Source: Rozella allomycis CSF55 (taxonomy: Eukaryota). Taken from it: 37,925 bases of DNA. The DNA lies in contig KE561025.1 of NCBI GenBank assembly GCA_000442015.1, positions 1 through 37,925 on the forward strand, given 5' to 3'. The notes under the pieces are model-generated. The model had not been told where the DNA came from. It saw only the letters and a list, made by a program, of their open reading frames with translations, and made no database searches. Each line of letters starts with the position of its first letter. Position 1 is the first letter of the stretch. The translations under genes were made by a program, and so were the position numbers. Of the stretch, positions 1 to 11,555 are shown piece after piece.

Positions 1-15
1 ATTTATGAGGATTAG

Positions 16-1314
16 GATACTATAAGCGCATGGAGCGACAGTAAAAAAGTTGAAATTCTCGAGGCGATGGGTCAATTGTATAAAGCCACTGATGTAGCTA
101 TTGATACTTTCAAAATATTGAGGGAAACTGACCCTGAGCGTCTTCCTTTGGCAAAAAAAGCAGCAGAACTAAATAGGAAGACGGGTGTATTGGATAAAAA
201 GTCGCAATGGTTTTTGGACTGGTGCGCAAGTGGCTACGATGCATTTTGTCTATTTTGCAAAGTTGGAAAGCCATCAAAAGATCTTTTAAAATGTGAAAAA
301 TGTAAAGTGGCCCATTATTGCAACGAAGAACACCAAGAAGAAGATTATCACGAATTTGTTTGCGAGGAATTGGCCTCCTCGGTCATATATCCAGATCTTG
401 CTTCGACGTGCCAACTGCTCAGTAAAAGTTTGAAACCACGGAAAATTCCTCTAGACGTTAATAATTGGGATGATTTCATGAAAAGAATAGGTTTGAATCC
501 TAATGTATTATTTCAGGAATCGTTGGCTGAGCTTGCGACAATGGTTAGGGTCTTGCGAAAACTTCATTTGGACAAGAAACCTAAAATCAATATTCATATT
601 ATCGGTGTTGAGGAGCATCGCGAAATACTTCAAATACCACTTTTTCTACATCTCCCTGTTTTAATCGGTTGTTCAATCAAGATTACCATGGTTGGCCCGA
701 TGTTACATTCGTCTCGAACAGTGCAGGGTATCGAATGTGTAAAATTGCCTTATCATATGTATGTCGAATCATCCAAGTATACAAAACCTGATGCGATAAT
801 TGCATTTCATCCTGGATTTCATGATATTTCCTACACGACATGGTCAGAAACGTTGGTGGATATCTTGACGTCAGAAATTCCTTTGATCATGACTTCATTT
901 TCTAAACATGATTTGGATAGCTCGAATAGAGTGATGGAAAGCCCTTTTATCCAAGCTAATCTTGTCGAGTCTTTTGTTAATCCTTTCGCGGCAGCGCCAT
1001 ATTTGTTTCCCGATTTGACTGTTTTAAGAAGAGACTGGTTTGTCAATATATATAAAGGCAGCAGAATGCCTATAGGAGTTATTCATTATACTAAGGCAAA
1101 GGAATGGAACACCATATTTGATTCACTTCAAATGATTCAATTAGTATACCCTCCGGAAACACGTCAGCTTATGCTTCTTGCTGCTTTGTGGGCTGATCAT
1201 GATCTATTTTTTAACAAAGATCTTGACCTTGCAATTCAATTACTTGAAAATTACGGTGTAATTGAACGATGGAAGATGCAATTGCAACAGAAACAAAGTG
1301 AAATGTCTGAATAA
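16..1314 (+). CDS. zf-MYND + MSS51-like C-terminal domain protein (probably 5'-partial)
   Basis: CxxC..CxxC..YC..H..H..C MYND finger (CLFC..CEKCKVAHYCNEEHQEEDYHEFVC) plus IHIIG/MVGP/PDAIIAFHPGF/TSFS motifs of the MSS51-like domain. The frame is open back to 16, preceded by TTAG (likely intron acceptor). Confidence 0.75.
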   Translation, partial: DTISAWSDSKKVEILEAMGQLYKATDVAIDTFKILRETDPERLPLAKKAAELNRKTGVLDKKSQWFLDWCASGYDAFCLFCKVGKPSKDLLKCEKCKVAHYCNEEHQEEDYHEFVCEELASSVIYPDLASTCQLLSKSLKPRKIPLDVNNWDDFMKRIGLNPNVLFQESLAELATMVRVLRKLHLDKKPKINIHIIGVEEHREILQIPLFLHLPVLIGCSIKITMVGPMLHSSRTVQGIECVKLPYHMYVESSKYTKPDAIIAFHPGFHDISYTTWSETLVDILTSEIPLIMTSFSKHDLDSSNRVMESPFIQANLVESFVNPFAAAPYLFPDLTVLRRDWFVNIYKGSRMPIGVIHYTKAKEWNTIFDSLQMIQLVYPPETRQLMLLAALWADHDLFFNKDLDLAIQLLENYGVIERWKMQLQQKQSEMSE

Positions 1315-1559
1315 ATTCCTATTCATTATTTTACGCATTGAATTTAAACTGAAGATTTTTAAGGGTCTTAATCTTATCAAAATGCAGGGATATTTTTTTG
1401 AAATAGTTGAATAGATTTATTGCAGGGACATTTTGATTTTCATACTTTCCATTAATGTTTTTCGTTTTTCAAAATATCTCACACAATGAAATTCAAATTT
1501 GGGTTCTTAATTTGATGCGGTTTTAAAGCTTAATTTCTTAGAAATTTACTGAGGGCTTG

Positions 1560-1960
1560 GTTCAGGGGTAAGCAATATATAATTGCAATATCATTGGGAC
1601 CTTGCAATGAATAACTGGGATTGGGAAAGCCTTCCAATTAATAACTGGGATATTGGCAATATTGGATATTAATAAAAGCATTGGGTAATAGCAAAGATAA
1701 AGATCAACAATTTATTCATTTTCCAATGGTTCTGGCTCATCATATAATCGCAATAATGTTTTCATATTCCATAAACGAAGATTGTACTTAAGAAATATCA
1801 ATATGTCAAGGTTCTTAGGAAGCATGCGCTTTCTCAAGTCTGTTATTGTTAACTTGGCAGCACTGAACAGACGCTCGACATGATTGGATGTTGGAGATAA
1901 ATACTTTAAATTTTGATAATTAGATAGACGTTGTTCCAAGGTGATTTTGACGAATGGATT
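1560..1960 (-). mobile_element. hAT-family DNA transposon remnant (C-terminal dimerisation domain at 1712-1939 plus repetitive end)
   Basis: PTSNHVERLFSAAKLTITDLRKRMLPKNLDILIFLK matches the hAT dimerisation motif. Downstream are short repeats (aataactggga x2, several attggg) and a CAGGG at 1563 resembling a hAT terminus. Confidence 0.75.
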
Positions 1961-2507
1961 CCCCTTTCTTTAATAATCAAATTCGGTTGATATATTAAAA
2001 AAATCTAAAGATCTGTTCATTTTTCAAAATAGGAAATATGGGAAGAAATGTCAAATGCATCAATTCCTATTACTCCCAGTTATTATGGAAATTTTTTCAT
2101 GGAGTATGTTTAGCTGATAAAAGAGCTGCAAGTTTTAGTAATGTTTTTGCGATGTATAAAAAAGTCAAGTTAAAAAAACAGTGTATCATACGTCACAGTG
2201 ACAGGCCTTGCCGTCTTTTTCGTGTTTATTCTTGAAACGGGAGATTTCGTGAAACTTCGGGGAAACGATTTTGTATTATATACATGAAGCCTTCAAACGA
2301 AACTGAAAATTAGGTCATATCCTTGGTTTGCTCAGAAAATTTCATTAATCAATAAAAGAGTTGATATATTCTAAAAAAAACTTTTTGCCCAACGGCCATT
2401 TGTCAATTACGCGAAACGATATCATTTCAATTTCAATTAATGCCAAATTATCAATATCTTAACTCCAAATATATTGCTATCTAGATTCAGCGTTTATTAC
2501 GTGGAAA

Positions 2508-3285
2508 TTATCCTAGAAGTTTTGTCAAAGATTTTGACTTAAATTTGCATAGCATCTTTTCTATTGTACATTTATTGTCATCATTTTCCTCCAATTCTGA
2601 ATTGATAGGAACACCCTTTACTGAGTAGAAAGGGCACTTGCTCGATGCACGCATATTTCCACTTGTTTCACAAAACGTCTGACAGATCTGGTATGGTGGC
2701 GTATATAAATGCAAAGATACACTTAATGTATCAGTATTATTTGATACTCGATGTAAGCCAATTTTGTCTGCTTTAGATGTATAAATGGCAAAATACCATG
2801 TATATAAACAGATTTGTCCTTGCTAAGATCTGTAGATGATACAAGATTCATTGGCTTATTGTCATCTTTCAAAGGCCACTCATATCTCGACTCTGTTAGT
2901 GTTCCCTCCAAAACTTTCATAATGCAATGCGACCCAGAATGATCATGAATTGGACTGTTGATATTAAAAATGCCATTTACCTTTGGGAATTTTTATCCCA
3001 TACTAAAAGAAGTAAATTATAACTTCCATTTCCATCGTCGACTAGGTTTCTTGTATATTTTCCCGGTATTAAATATGCGTATCGATCCCAATCACACCTT
3101 TTCGACTTGTATCCATTCATAATATTTAATAGTTCATTTATATCATCTTCAGAGAGCTCATTTATTCCTCTACTTCCCAACAAATTGGAGATTCGGTCCA
3201 CTAAATTGGGAAATGGATTCCCGTCGTCCATAGATACCAAACTCTGATATACGGATAAGGTTTTATCTTCGCAAACTTTACACAT
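2508..3285 (-). CDS. CDO1: Cysteine dioxygenase type I (3 exons)
   Basis: YTRNLVD, spliced SPIHDHSGSHC, YIHDKIGLHRV and SLHLYTPP motifs. Introns of 26 nt (2955-2980) and about 29 nt. Confidence 0.95.
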
Positions 3286-3393
3286 GAGAGAAATAGATGA
3301 AATTGATGTGGCGGTGCGGTACTACTGGGGAGACCAAAATAATTTTCTATTTTTAAATCATTTATTAAGAATATTATAATAATTATTAATACA

Positions 3394-3825
3394 CTATTTA
3401 CATTGACATATACAAGGCTGATAAGGAACATATGGTACAAATATTGGTTTGTCGACATACTGCTTTGAATATTGTTGTGCTGGAACTTGCTGCGGTGGCT
3501 TACTGCTCTGTAAAGGTCTTATTGGCTGACTGTTGAATGTATTAGATTGTTTTGATTGCTTTAAAGCCTCAATCTCAGTTATTTTCGTTTGGTATTTTTC
3601 CTTTTCATTGTCATCTGAGAAGAAGTCTGATATGATGTCACCAAATGTTATGTTCTTTTTGTCCATTTCATCAAATATGTCCATGACTTTATGCGCTATG
3701 TCTATTCCTACTGGTATCACTTCAGCAGCGATTGTGGCAGCACCAGCAATCAGGCCAGGTGCTATCAAATACACGTATTGGAGGTAAGTGGAAAGGTATA
3801 TCCATGTTAAGACACGTAGATTCAT
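3394..3825 (-). CDS. Hypothetical secreted/membrane protein, 143 aa
   Basis: Intronless ATG ORF with a hydrophobic N-terminus, Q/P-rich segment and Cys-rich tail (PCICQCK). Fits between CDO and ALG9. Confidence 0.6.
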   Translation of the reverse strand: MNLRVLTWIYLSTYLQYVYLIAPGLIAGAATIAAEVIPVGIDIAHKVMDIFDEMDKKNITFGDIISDFFSDDNEKEKYQTKITEIEALKQSKQSNTFNSQPIRPLQSSKPPQQVPAQQYSKQYVDKPIFVPYVPYQPCICQCK

Positions 3826-3940
3826 GTTTGAGTAACTATTGTTTGTGGATGCTTGCTCTATTTATATCCAAAGCAAAATTGTTTACTAAACAAACCATAT
3901 TTCCTGAAGGAGCTTAATCATACTAATCAGGGAAAATCCG

Positions 3941-5877
3941 CTAGTAAATATTATGTTTATTGTGCTTATAAAGGCAAATTTGCTTATACCGAAGTTTCTT
4001 TTTACCGTTAAATATATAGAACGACCTGTAGGGAAATTGAGAGGCTGCTGCATCGACTTCAGAGATGCAATTAACAACTGTAAAGTTTTCAGCCAAATCA
4101 TTGGCATTAAATGATGATATTTCGTCAGCATAGGTTCCTTTAGATCCCAATTCAGCCCGCGTTTCAGTTATAAAGAAATCGCAAGATTTTCTTTTACCCT
4201 ACATCATTTTCTAGAAATTATTATACGTATTGATCCAATTCTTCTCTGTTCAAATAATTTACTTTGCCAGAAGTTTCGTTGGTGGCAATAAAATACTTGG
4301 GAAGGAGTCCATGGAATCCTTCTCTAAGAAATACTAAACTGGAGTTATTTTGTAAATAGAAATGGCTTGGGAAGCGATACCTCTAAGTTTAATCAATGAA
4401 TGCTTACCATTCATTAGATAAACAAAGATTGGAAGAGTCAGGTACTAATTCGTACAGTGCTTTTGAATTATCGTAAAAATTTGTAACCGCCAAAATTCTT
4501 GAAGCGGAAAGGATTAAAAACAATACAATAATAATACTTCTAGTCTTTCTAAACAAAGAATTAAATGTTTTAAGCTTCAAATTATGAAAAAGTGCAGATA
4601 GGAAGAAAACAGATGAAGAGCCGTTAAAAGCCAACAAGGGGTATATTACAAATAGAAATCTTTCTTCCTTGTGAGCTTGAATTGAAAAGAATACAAATGC
4701 CCAGTAGAATGGGTACAACTTTAGACGTATAGCCTGATAAATATTTAGTTTCTTGAAAGAAGCGCGAGGTCGACTAATCATTTCAGGCAAAAACTAATTT
4801 CCTTGAAAGAACAAATTTACCGACAGCGGGAATGAGATTATTGCCAGTAGAAAGAAAACGTTAAAATTCAAAAGACAATTGAAAAAATAAAAATAGAAGG
4901 GTGATGTCCCATAGAGTTCCGGTCCTGCTCCTTCTGGCTTAAAAACATTATAAAACATTAAATTAAAAGCAGAAAAGGACCATCTGCCATAATAAGTGGA
5001 ATCTATAAAAACAGACGGCCACTAATTGCAGGAATTGATTCATATTACCACAAAGTAGAATAGAGAGATAAAACCGCAAATAAATGTCTGCTTTATCCTA
5101 TTAAACATCGCCCATTCAAAATCCAGATTGATAGTTAAATCTTTTTCATCAATCTTTTTGTCATTTAAAGTGATGTTATTATCTATTAGAACGCAAGTTG
5201 GGATATATAAAAGAGCAGGAAGAATTATGATCAACGCAAAGGGCCAGGCTACACAAATGCACATCACTGTGCATAGTAAAATCGGATTGAATCTTTGGCG
5301 GAACCAGTACCCGTAAATAAAGAACACAATAATCATCGACATCGTATTCGGTAGTAAAGCTAAGTGAAAATTATGAATCATTTATACCAGTTGAAGATAT
5401 AAAGTTACCCGCTGAAAACGCTAAACAATAAACCAAAGAATTTGCTATTTCTGGATGGATGTAGTTATAAACAGTTTCATAAAAGAAAGATTGCCCAAAA
5501 GCACATAATATTCCTGTAATTATTCTCAGTGCATAGAAAATCCCCATCTTGTTTTTGCTAAATGATTACTTTACTTTTGAAAGTCCAGTGACGGACAAAA
5601 ATGAGCCCACGATTTTGTAAATGCCCAAATACAAATAACTTCGTAATGCAAAATTTGGTGAATACTCCCATGTTTGCATACCCTTTCCAAAAAGCAGGAA
5701 ATGAAGGGGTTCCCAATAGTTGTACACTTCATCACAATCATCCATTGTCGCGAAATATGCGCAAATTATATTCACTATTGTGAAAAACAAAAATGATGAT
5801 TTCAAAATAGCTCGTGGCTTTGTTTTAGGAAGAGTAATCTGCTGAATAAAGTTCAAATACAGTTTAGTCTTGTCCAT
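3941..5877 (-). CDS. ALG9: Alpha-1,2-mannosyltransferase ALG9 (7 exons)
   Basis: DCDEVYNYWEPLH, QTWEYSP.FALRSY, GPELYG, HKEERFLF.IYP and EWYRFPS motifs. Six introns of 27-28 nt. Confidence 0.95.
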
Positions 5878-5921
5878 CACAATTTAGAAATTCTCAAAAA
5901 GGTTAATGGCAAAGATATTTA

Positions 5922-6605
5922 TTAAAAAAACGAAGAAGCTACTGAGACAGCTAGTACCATTGTTAATCCCACAAACATTCTACTGGCGTCACTACTTTGT
6001 TTTACATCTCCCACTGAGTCACTGTAATCAGCTGGAGTATTTTCTTCAGTTCCTGCAGTTGTCGTGGAGTTACTGTTGGCAGCATAGTTCGTATCATCCA
6101 TATTTGTGTGTTCAGGCTCGCTTCCAGTCTCAGATTTCGTAGTGCCAGTAGATTCATACAAGTCAGTTTGGCTTGACTCACCAGCATCATTTTGTTCAGA
6201 GTCATGTTGGGCTGACTCGTCTCCTACTTCGGCACCTGTTTCCTTTCCAGTTTCATCCTTGGCGCCAGTGTCCTTTTCCGTTTCATACTGGGCTGAACCA
6301 GTATCATCTTGGCCTTCGTCTTGTTTTGATTCGTTTTGAGCAGAATCAGGTGCATTTTCGTTCTGCGCGGAATCGTTTTCATGATCTTGATCGTATTGTT
6401 TAGCGTCCTTTGCATCGTCACAGTCTTCCTTCTTTCCCCCCTTGTGTCTATAACGATTACGGTTACCACGGTGGGCCTTGACGTATTTATTTACAATGCC
6501 TTTAACTTCAGTGGGTAGCTCTACTGCTTTATCATATGTTGGAGCTGCAGCAGTTGAAGTGGTTGCCATAGCGATAACGGCGAGGGAAAGTACAGACAAA
6601 CGCAT
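5922..6605 (-). CDS. Secreted, probably GPI-anchored acidic low-complexity surface protein, 227 aa
   Basis: N-terminal signal peptide MRLSVLSLAVIAMATTSTAA, D/E/T/S-rich body with SAQxE repeats, and a C-terminal SSDA followed by a hydrophobic tail. Confidence 0.8.
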   Translation of the reverse strand: MRLSVLSLAVIAMATTSTAAAPTYDKAVELPTEVKGIVNKYVKAHRGNRNRYRHKGGKKEDCDDAKDAKQYDQDHENDSAQNENAPDSAQNESKQDEGQDDTGSAQYETEKDTGAKDETGKETGAEVGDESAQHDSEQNDAGESSQTDLYESTGTTKSETGSEPEHTNMDDTNYAANSNSTTTAGTEENTPADYSDSVGDVKQSSDASRMFVGLTMVLAVSVASSFF

Positions 6606-6821
6606 GTTTGATATTATAGGAGTTCAAACCACCAGCTATATAGCTTTTAAGGGGTTCGTAATTATTGGTTACGTTTCAAATTATTGCAACATGTTTGCTA
6701 AAAATAAATTTATTGGGTTATTTTTGTGCCTCCAAACACTAATTTATTCATGGATCAATCAAAATAACGTATGTTCGACATGTAAAACGGTCTGAAAGGT
6801 TCAATGATCGTTGACGAGGCG

Positions 6822-8216
6822 TCAATGGGTAAATTTGATGAAAACACTTGGTAGTATTTATTAAACCATTTGTCGTTTGATTTTAACAAGAAACTTTTCT
6901 TCGAAAAGTCTTTTTTTCATTTAATTGTTTTTTTACCTGGCGAAAAGGTGCTATCGTAGAAATCTGTTAAAAAGTTAAATGTAAATTGAAAATATTGCGG
7001 ATGCTGTCTTAGGCATTCTATTATACATTCCAAAAATAAAACGATCAGGCATGCTGCAATTTCTTTAGCGTCCATTTTACGAGACAAGAAATACCAATCC
7101 TCTTCAAGAAGTGTAATAAATCCATTAGGTGTTCTGTAGAACGGATCAAGCAACAACTTTGAAAGAGAAACAACTATGCTGGTTAAATCAAGGCCATTTT
7201 CACAATGAACCAAAATGGAAGAACCTTGCTCGAAAATACTCTTTGCTATAAAATTAGAAGGGCGTAGAATGCTTTGGATATTTTTCAAGAAGCCCCCAGC
7301 ACTTTTATAGTACGAAGAAATTGATATGTCTTCATTGCTAAGACTCTCTAGGAATTTCGCATGCGTTTCGATAATAGTACTTGTGGATTCCAAGTTTGTA
7401 AAAAGCACCTTGTAAACCCAACGTAGATCCATTTACCCTGGATTGATACGCGCTTTCTTGTTCGATATTACCGTATTTCGAGGCATTTGATTTTGTGCGA
7501 AGATCTATTATAATTGTTTCGTTTCCAAGATTGGGAACCTTAAAATGATTGAAGGAGGCTAAAATTTGTTCGTCTTCTGGGCATCGATTTCCTTTGCCAT
7601 TAACCTTTATTTGAGACGATCTTATTAGACATCCCTAGCAATTATATCATCCATGAATATACTTGAGAGTTTGCGCAATAATATGCTAAGATTGGGAAGC
7701 ATCTGTCATTTCTAAAGTGAGCAGAAAACAATAAAATATTATCGGAAACATCTTTGGGTACTATAACATGACTAGGATAAACATTGCAAATCTATCTCAG
7801 AAATTGAATTGGAGGCAACCTTTAGGGCATTATTGTCAAGAATTCTCCATTCACTTTGATTACAAGACCATCTTTTGAAACAACTTGATATAATATTCTT
7901 CGAGTCATCTTTACTCACAGTGTCTTCTACTTCTTTTCGATTCACTAATTCTTCCATTTTGCCAGTTATGATGTTCTTTAAACAACTACAATCGTCTTCA
8001 GATGTGCAATAAATAGAAAATGGTGTCATTGTTTTCAGTTCAAATCTTATTTCTTTTTCACGTTGCTCAATCCTTACAATTTGGTCTAAAAACAACTGTA
8101 TTGATATGGCTAGTGGAAATTACGTGTTTTTCATTGAAAACCAAGGCATCCGGTAGTATATTTAGATCTGATTTTACTGGCTTTAACCTATGAAGTGGAT
8201 TGAAACTGACTAGCAT
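6822..8216 (-). CDS. Myotubularin-related protein, predicted catalytically inactive
   Basis: Spliced ICNVYPSHVIVP, LIRSSQ, LVHCENGLDLT, LLLDPFYRT.GF..L.E.DW and QHPQYFQF motifs. Five introns of 27-28 nt. Gene ends are approximate. Confidence 0.85.
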
Positions 8217-8301
8217 GGAAGACTTTGGAATTTTACAAATTACAACTTGATCTAAATGCCTATCAAAAGTAATGAAGTTTCAAATAAACGATCAAAAATG
8301 T

Positions 8302-9080
8302 TTATTTCGCCTTCTTATTCCTTCTTCCTGGATATATTAGTTGACGATACTGAAATTTCTGTACAATTACTTGAATTCGATCAGGAGGATCGCAATAACT
8401 ATCGCAATGTTTCTATGTGAATGGCAAAATTATAAAATACCTTTAACGATAAGCATGACTTGCATGGGTAAAGCTTTGATGGATCTGTACAAGTTTCTCG
8501 GTTTTCGTCTATCAATCCCTGTTTGAACATGACTTTATGTCTGACACCATTTTCGGTATTTTTTTGAAACTCCACAAGTTTCTTATTACTAAGGCTTTTA
8601 GCTCTACGGATGATTTTCGTTTGTAAGATACAATGCTTGTATCCAGAATTTCGGATCGTATTTTTCAAAGTCTCTCTGTCAAATGTGAGTGAATCGTATT
8701 TATGTTGTATAATCTAATATTAGTAAAAATGATAGTCATACCTTGCTTTTAATTATGGACTGCAGCATGATAAGAGAATGTGTTAATGTATTTAGTTTGT
8801 GCGAGACTAGTCTCATACGAATAATTGACTGGATTGCAATAACCAGATTTCTGCGCTCTCGCCATTTTGTTTGTATGAAAGATATGAGAAAGCAAAATCG
8901 CTTGTATTTCTTAGAAAAGTGTTCAATCCAAACCGACGGAGTAGTTGACGGGGACGGAGATACATGCCTATGTTGAAGACAATTGACATTGGGTAAATAA
9001 ACTTGGTATAGCTTATCTTTGTGTAAAGAAAACGTTGAAGTGGTAGAATCTATAATTGGAGAAAGTTCTAGACGTAACAT
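8302..9080 (-). CDS. IQ-motif-containing basic protein (3 exons)
   Basis: IQ-like motifs IAIQSIIRMRL and MLQSIIKSK. Two 28-nt GT-AG introns join ORFs 8736-9080 and 8399-8668 and a last exon ending TAA at 8302. Confidence 0.6.
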
Positions 9081-9157
9081 CTGATGTTAGAAAATTCGGG
9101 AAGGATATTTATTTTTGGAAACCAAATCCACTTTAAATATTAAACAAGGAAATAGTT

Positions 9158-11394
9158 TTATTTATACATAGCTTCTTCTAACGTGAGAAATCCTTCGCCT
9201 TTGCACATATTACTCATGGATTCATCTGAACGATCTAACAATCTTCTTAATTCTTCTTCACTTAACACTTGGCGAATATCTCTGTCGCCCTTTTGAATCA
9301 CCAATTTTTCGTTATCTTCAGCAGCCAATATCTGCGCCAATTCACCTAAAGAAGTTTGTTTTGGTCGAAATAGATGATCTCCTTTGAATCTCCCAGATTC
9401 TATCACAACCTTTTCCAACTTTCTTTTTGAACTTGCTGTTTCAATTATGTGGTGCTCAATTGATCTTGCAATGGCAAACCGAAATACTAGTACAGGTTTA
9501 GTTTGACCTATTCTATGCGCTCTATCTTGGGCCTGTAAATCCATTTGAGGATTCCAATCCGAATCGAAAATAATGACTGTATCTGCGCTTGTTAAATTAA
9601 TCCCTAACCCACCTGACCTTGTACTTAATAAGAAAATGCGTTTTGAAGAATCCGGATTATTAAACTCATTTATCTATTTTTTGATTATTTAAAGATTACC
9701 TCAGATTGCCTTTCCTTTTGACTAATTGTGCCATCAATCCTACAAAAATCGAAATTTCGCAAGTTGCAAAATTCTTCCAACAAGTCTAGCATTTTTGTCA
9801 TTTGGGAGAAAATTAGGACTTTATGGCCTTCTTGTTTAAATAACTCTTTCAGAATTTGGTCTAATAGAAGCATTTTCCCAGATGACATCACCAATCGTTC
9901 ATCAATGACTACTTCACCGTTTTCATCTTCAGGAATATCAAACAAATAAGGATGATCACATATTTTACGCAATTGAACGATTCTGTTTTGAAGCTTTAAG
10001 TTTTTAACTTCTAAAAGTGACGATAAAGGATTTCTTTTACTCTTGTCTAAAATCGGTTCATTTTCTTTGGATTCATCATCAGAAATAATTAAATGTTGCT
10101 GATTTTGGAAATATTCAAAATGAAGAAAACATATTTTTTTTACCTACATGAGACATTCTTCCTCTCTTTCGCCTCTTGTTTGGCTTGGCCTCTGAATCAT
10201 TGTCTCCAAAGTAGAGTTCTATGTCTAAAATATCATTTTCTGGTTTATCTCTTTCAGATTGAATCAATTCTCTCAAATCTTTATTCAAAATTGCATCATA
10301 ATATTCCTTTTGCTTCATTGTCATTGGGGCCAAAACTAAATATTCTTTCTTCTTTGGCATTTCTACCTCAACTTTAAAAATTTCTAAAATTTTGAATTTA
10401 CCATCAGATTTTAGGCGCCTCAGAAGAAATGGCTTTAAAACGGAATGAAGTTTGGAAACAATTGAATTTTCTTCCTCTTGAGAAATAATTTCTTCGTTTT
10501 CTTTATTTTCAAAATCAAACCTATAAAATACCAAAAGATAGAAATACCAAGACTGAAAAGATTGCAAATCATTGAAAACATCAGGCAACAAAAAGTTTAA
10601 CAAACTCCAAAGTTCTGACAAGTTATTTTGAAGTGGGGTTCCAGTAATTAACAAACGGTTATCAGAGTTTAGAGACTTCAATTCTCGAAACAATTTACAT
10701 TTATAATTCTTTAATCTGTGCCCTTCATCCACCACGAGATATTTCCAGACAGTTTTTTGCAAATATTTTCTATCATTCATTGCTATATCATATGACGTTA
10801 TAACCACTGGACAAGCCTTTTTCTTTTTCTCAAATCGTTTTCTTAGTTGGTTTCTTTCTCCTATATCTCCATGATAAACACATGTTGGAATAGTTGGTGC
10901 AAATCTGATTTAAACATATTGATTTTCTTACTTTTTAAATTCAGCTTCCCAATTGGCTATTGTTGATAATGGTGCAACTATTAAAAACGGACTTTAAAAT
11001 ATAACGATTAGTTTTTACCCTTTGACACCCTTTTCCCATAGGTATGCAATTAAAGAAATTGTTTGAATAGTTTTCCCAAGTCCCTTTAAACTTGATAAGA
11101 GTATTTTACCATCTCATCCGCAAGAATTCCATTTAATGCATTTTCCCACAATGAAATTAACCATTGCACACCCTTTATTTGATAATCTCTCAAAGTTCCT
11201 GCGAAAATACTGGGCTGTGAAAATTCTTCTCTTTCTTTAGAATCACTGCCGTCGGTATTCTATGCATATATGAAAAAAGATATGATAACCTTTTCTAAAA
11301 TGTCAGCTAAGAATTTAGAATATATCGAAGAACGTTCAATAACTACATTTAATGTCTCAAGCTTGCTCTTTTCATTTTCGCCGTCGACTGACAT
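9158..11394 (-). CDS. HELLS: SNF2-family chromatin remodeller HELLS/LSH/DDM1/IRC5 (9 exons)
   Basis: N-terminal [59 protein letters not shown] and [17 protein letters not shown] motifs. Confidence 0.92.
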
Positions 11395-11555
11395 TAAAAA
11401 CAAGAGGCTTGGTTTTCAGTGTTTCTAAATATATTATCCTGTGCGATGTTTATAATTCAATTTATGTAATTTCGTTTATATGTCGCTCAATTGATTCTAG
11501 AGTTTAGTACAATCTACAGCGCCACCTTCTGACCTTGATAACTGTCAAAATATAT

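Noticed and set aside
2038-2235. 65-aa ORF
   Set aside because: No recognisable motif and lies in a transposon-remnant region, so it cannot be supported as a gene.
6822-9080. IQ-myotubularin fusion gene
   Set aside because: The spliced IQ gene reaches TAA at 8302 and a separate ATG at 8216 opens the myotubularin frame.
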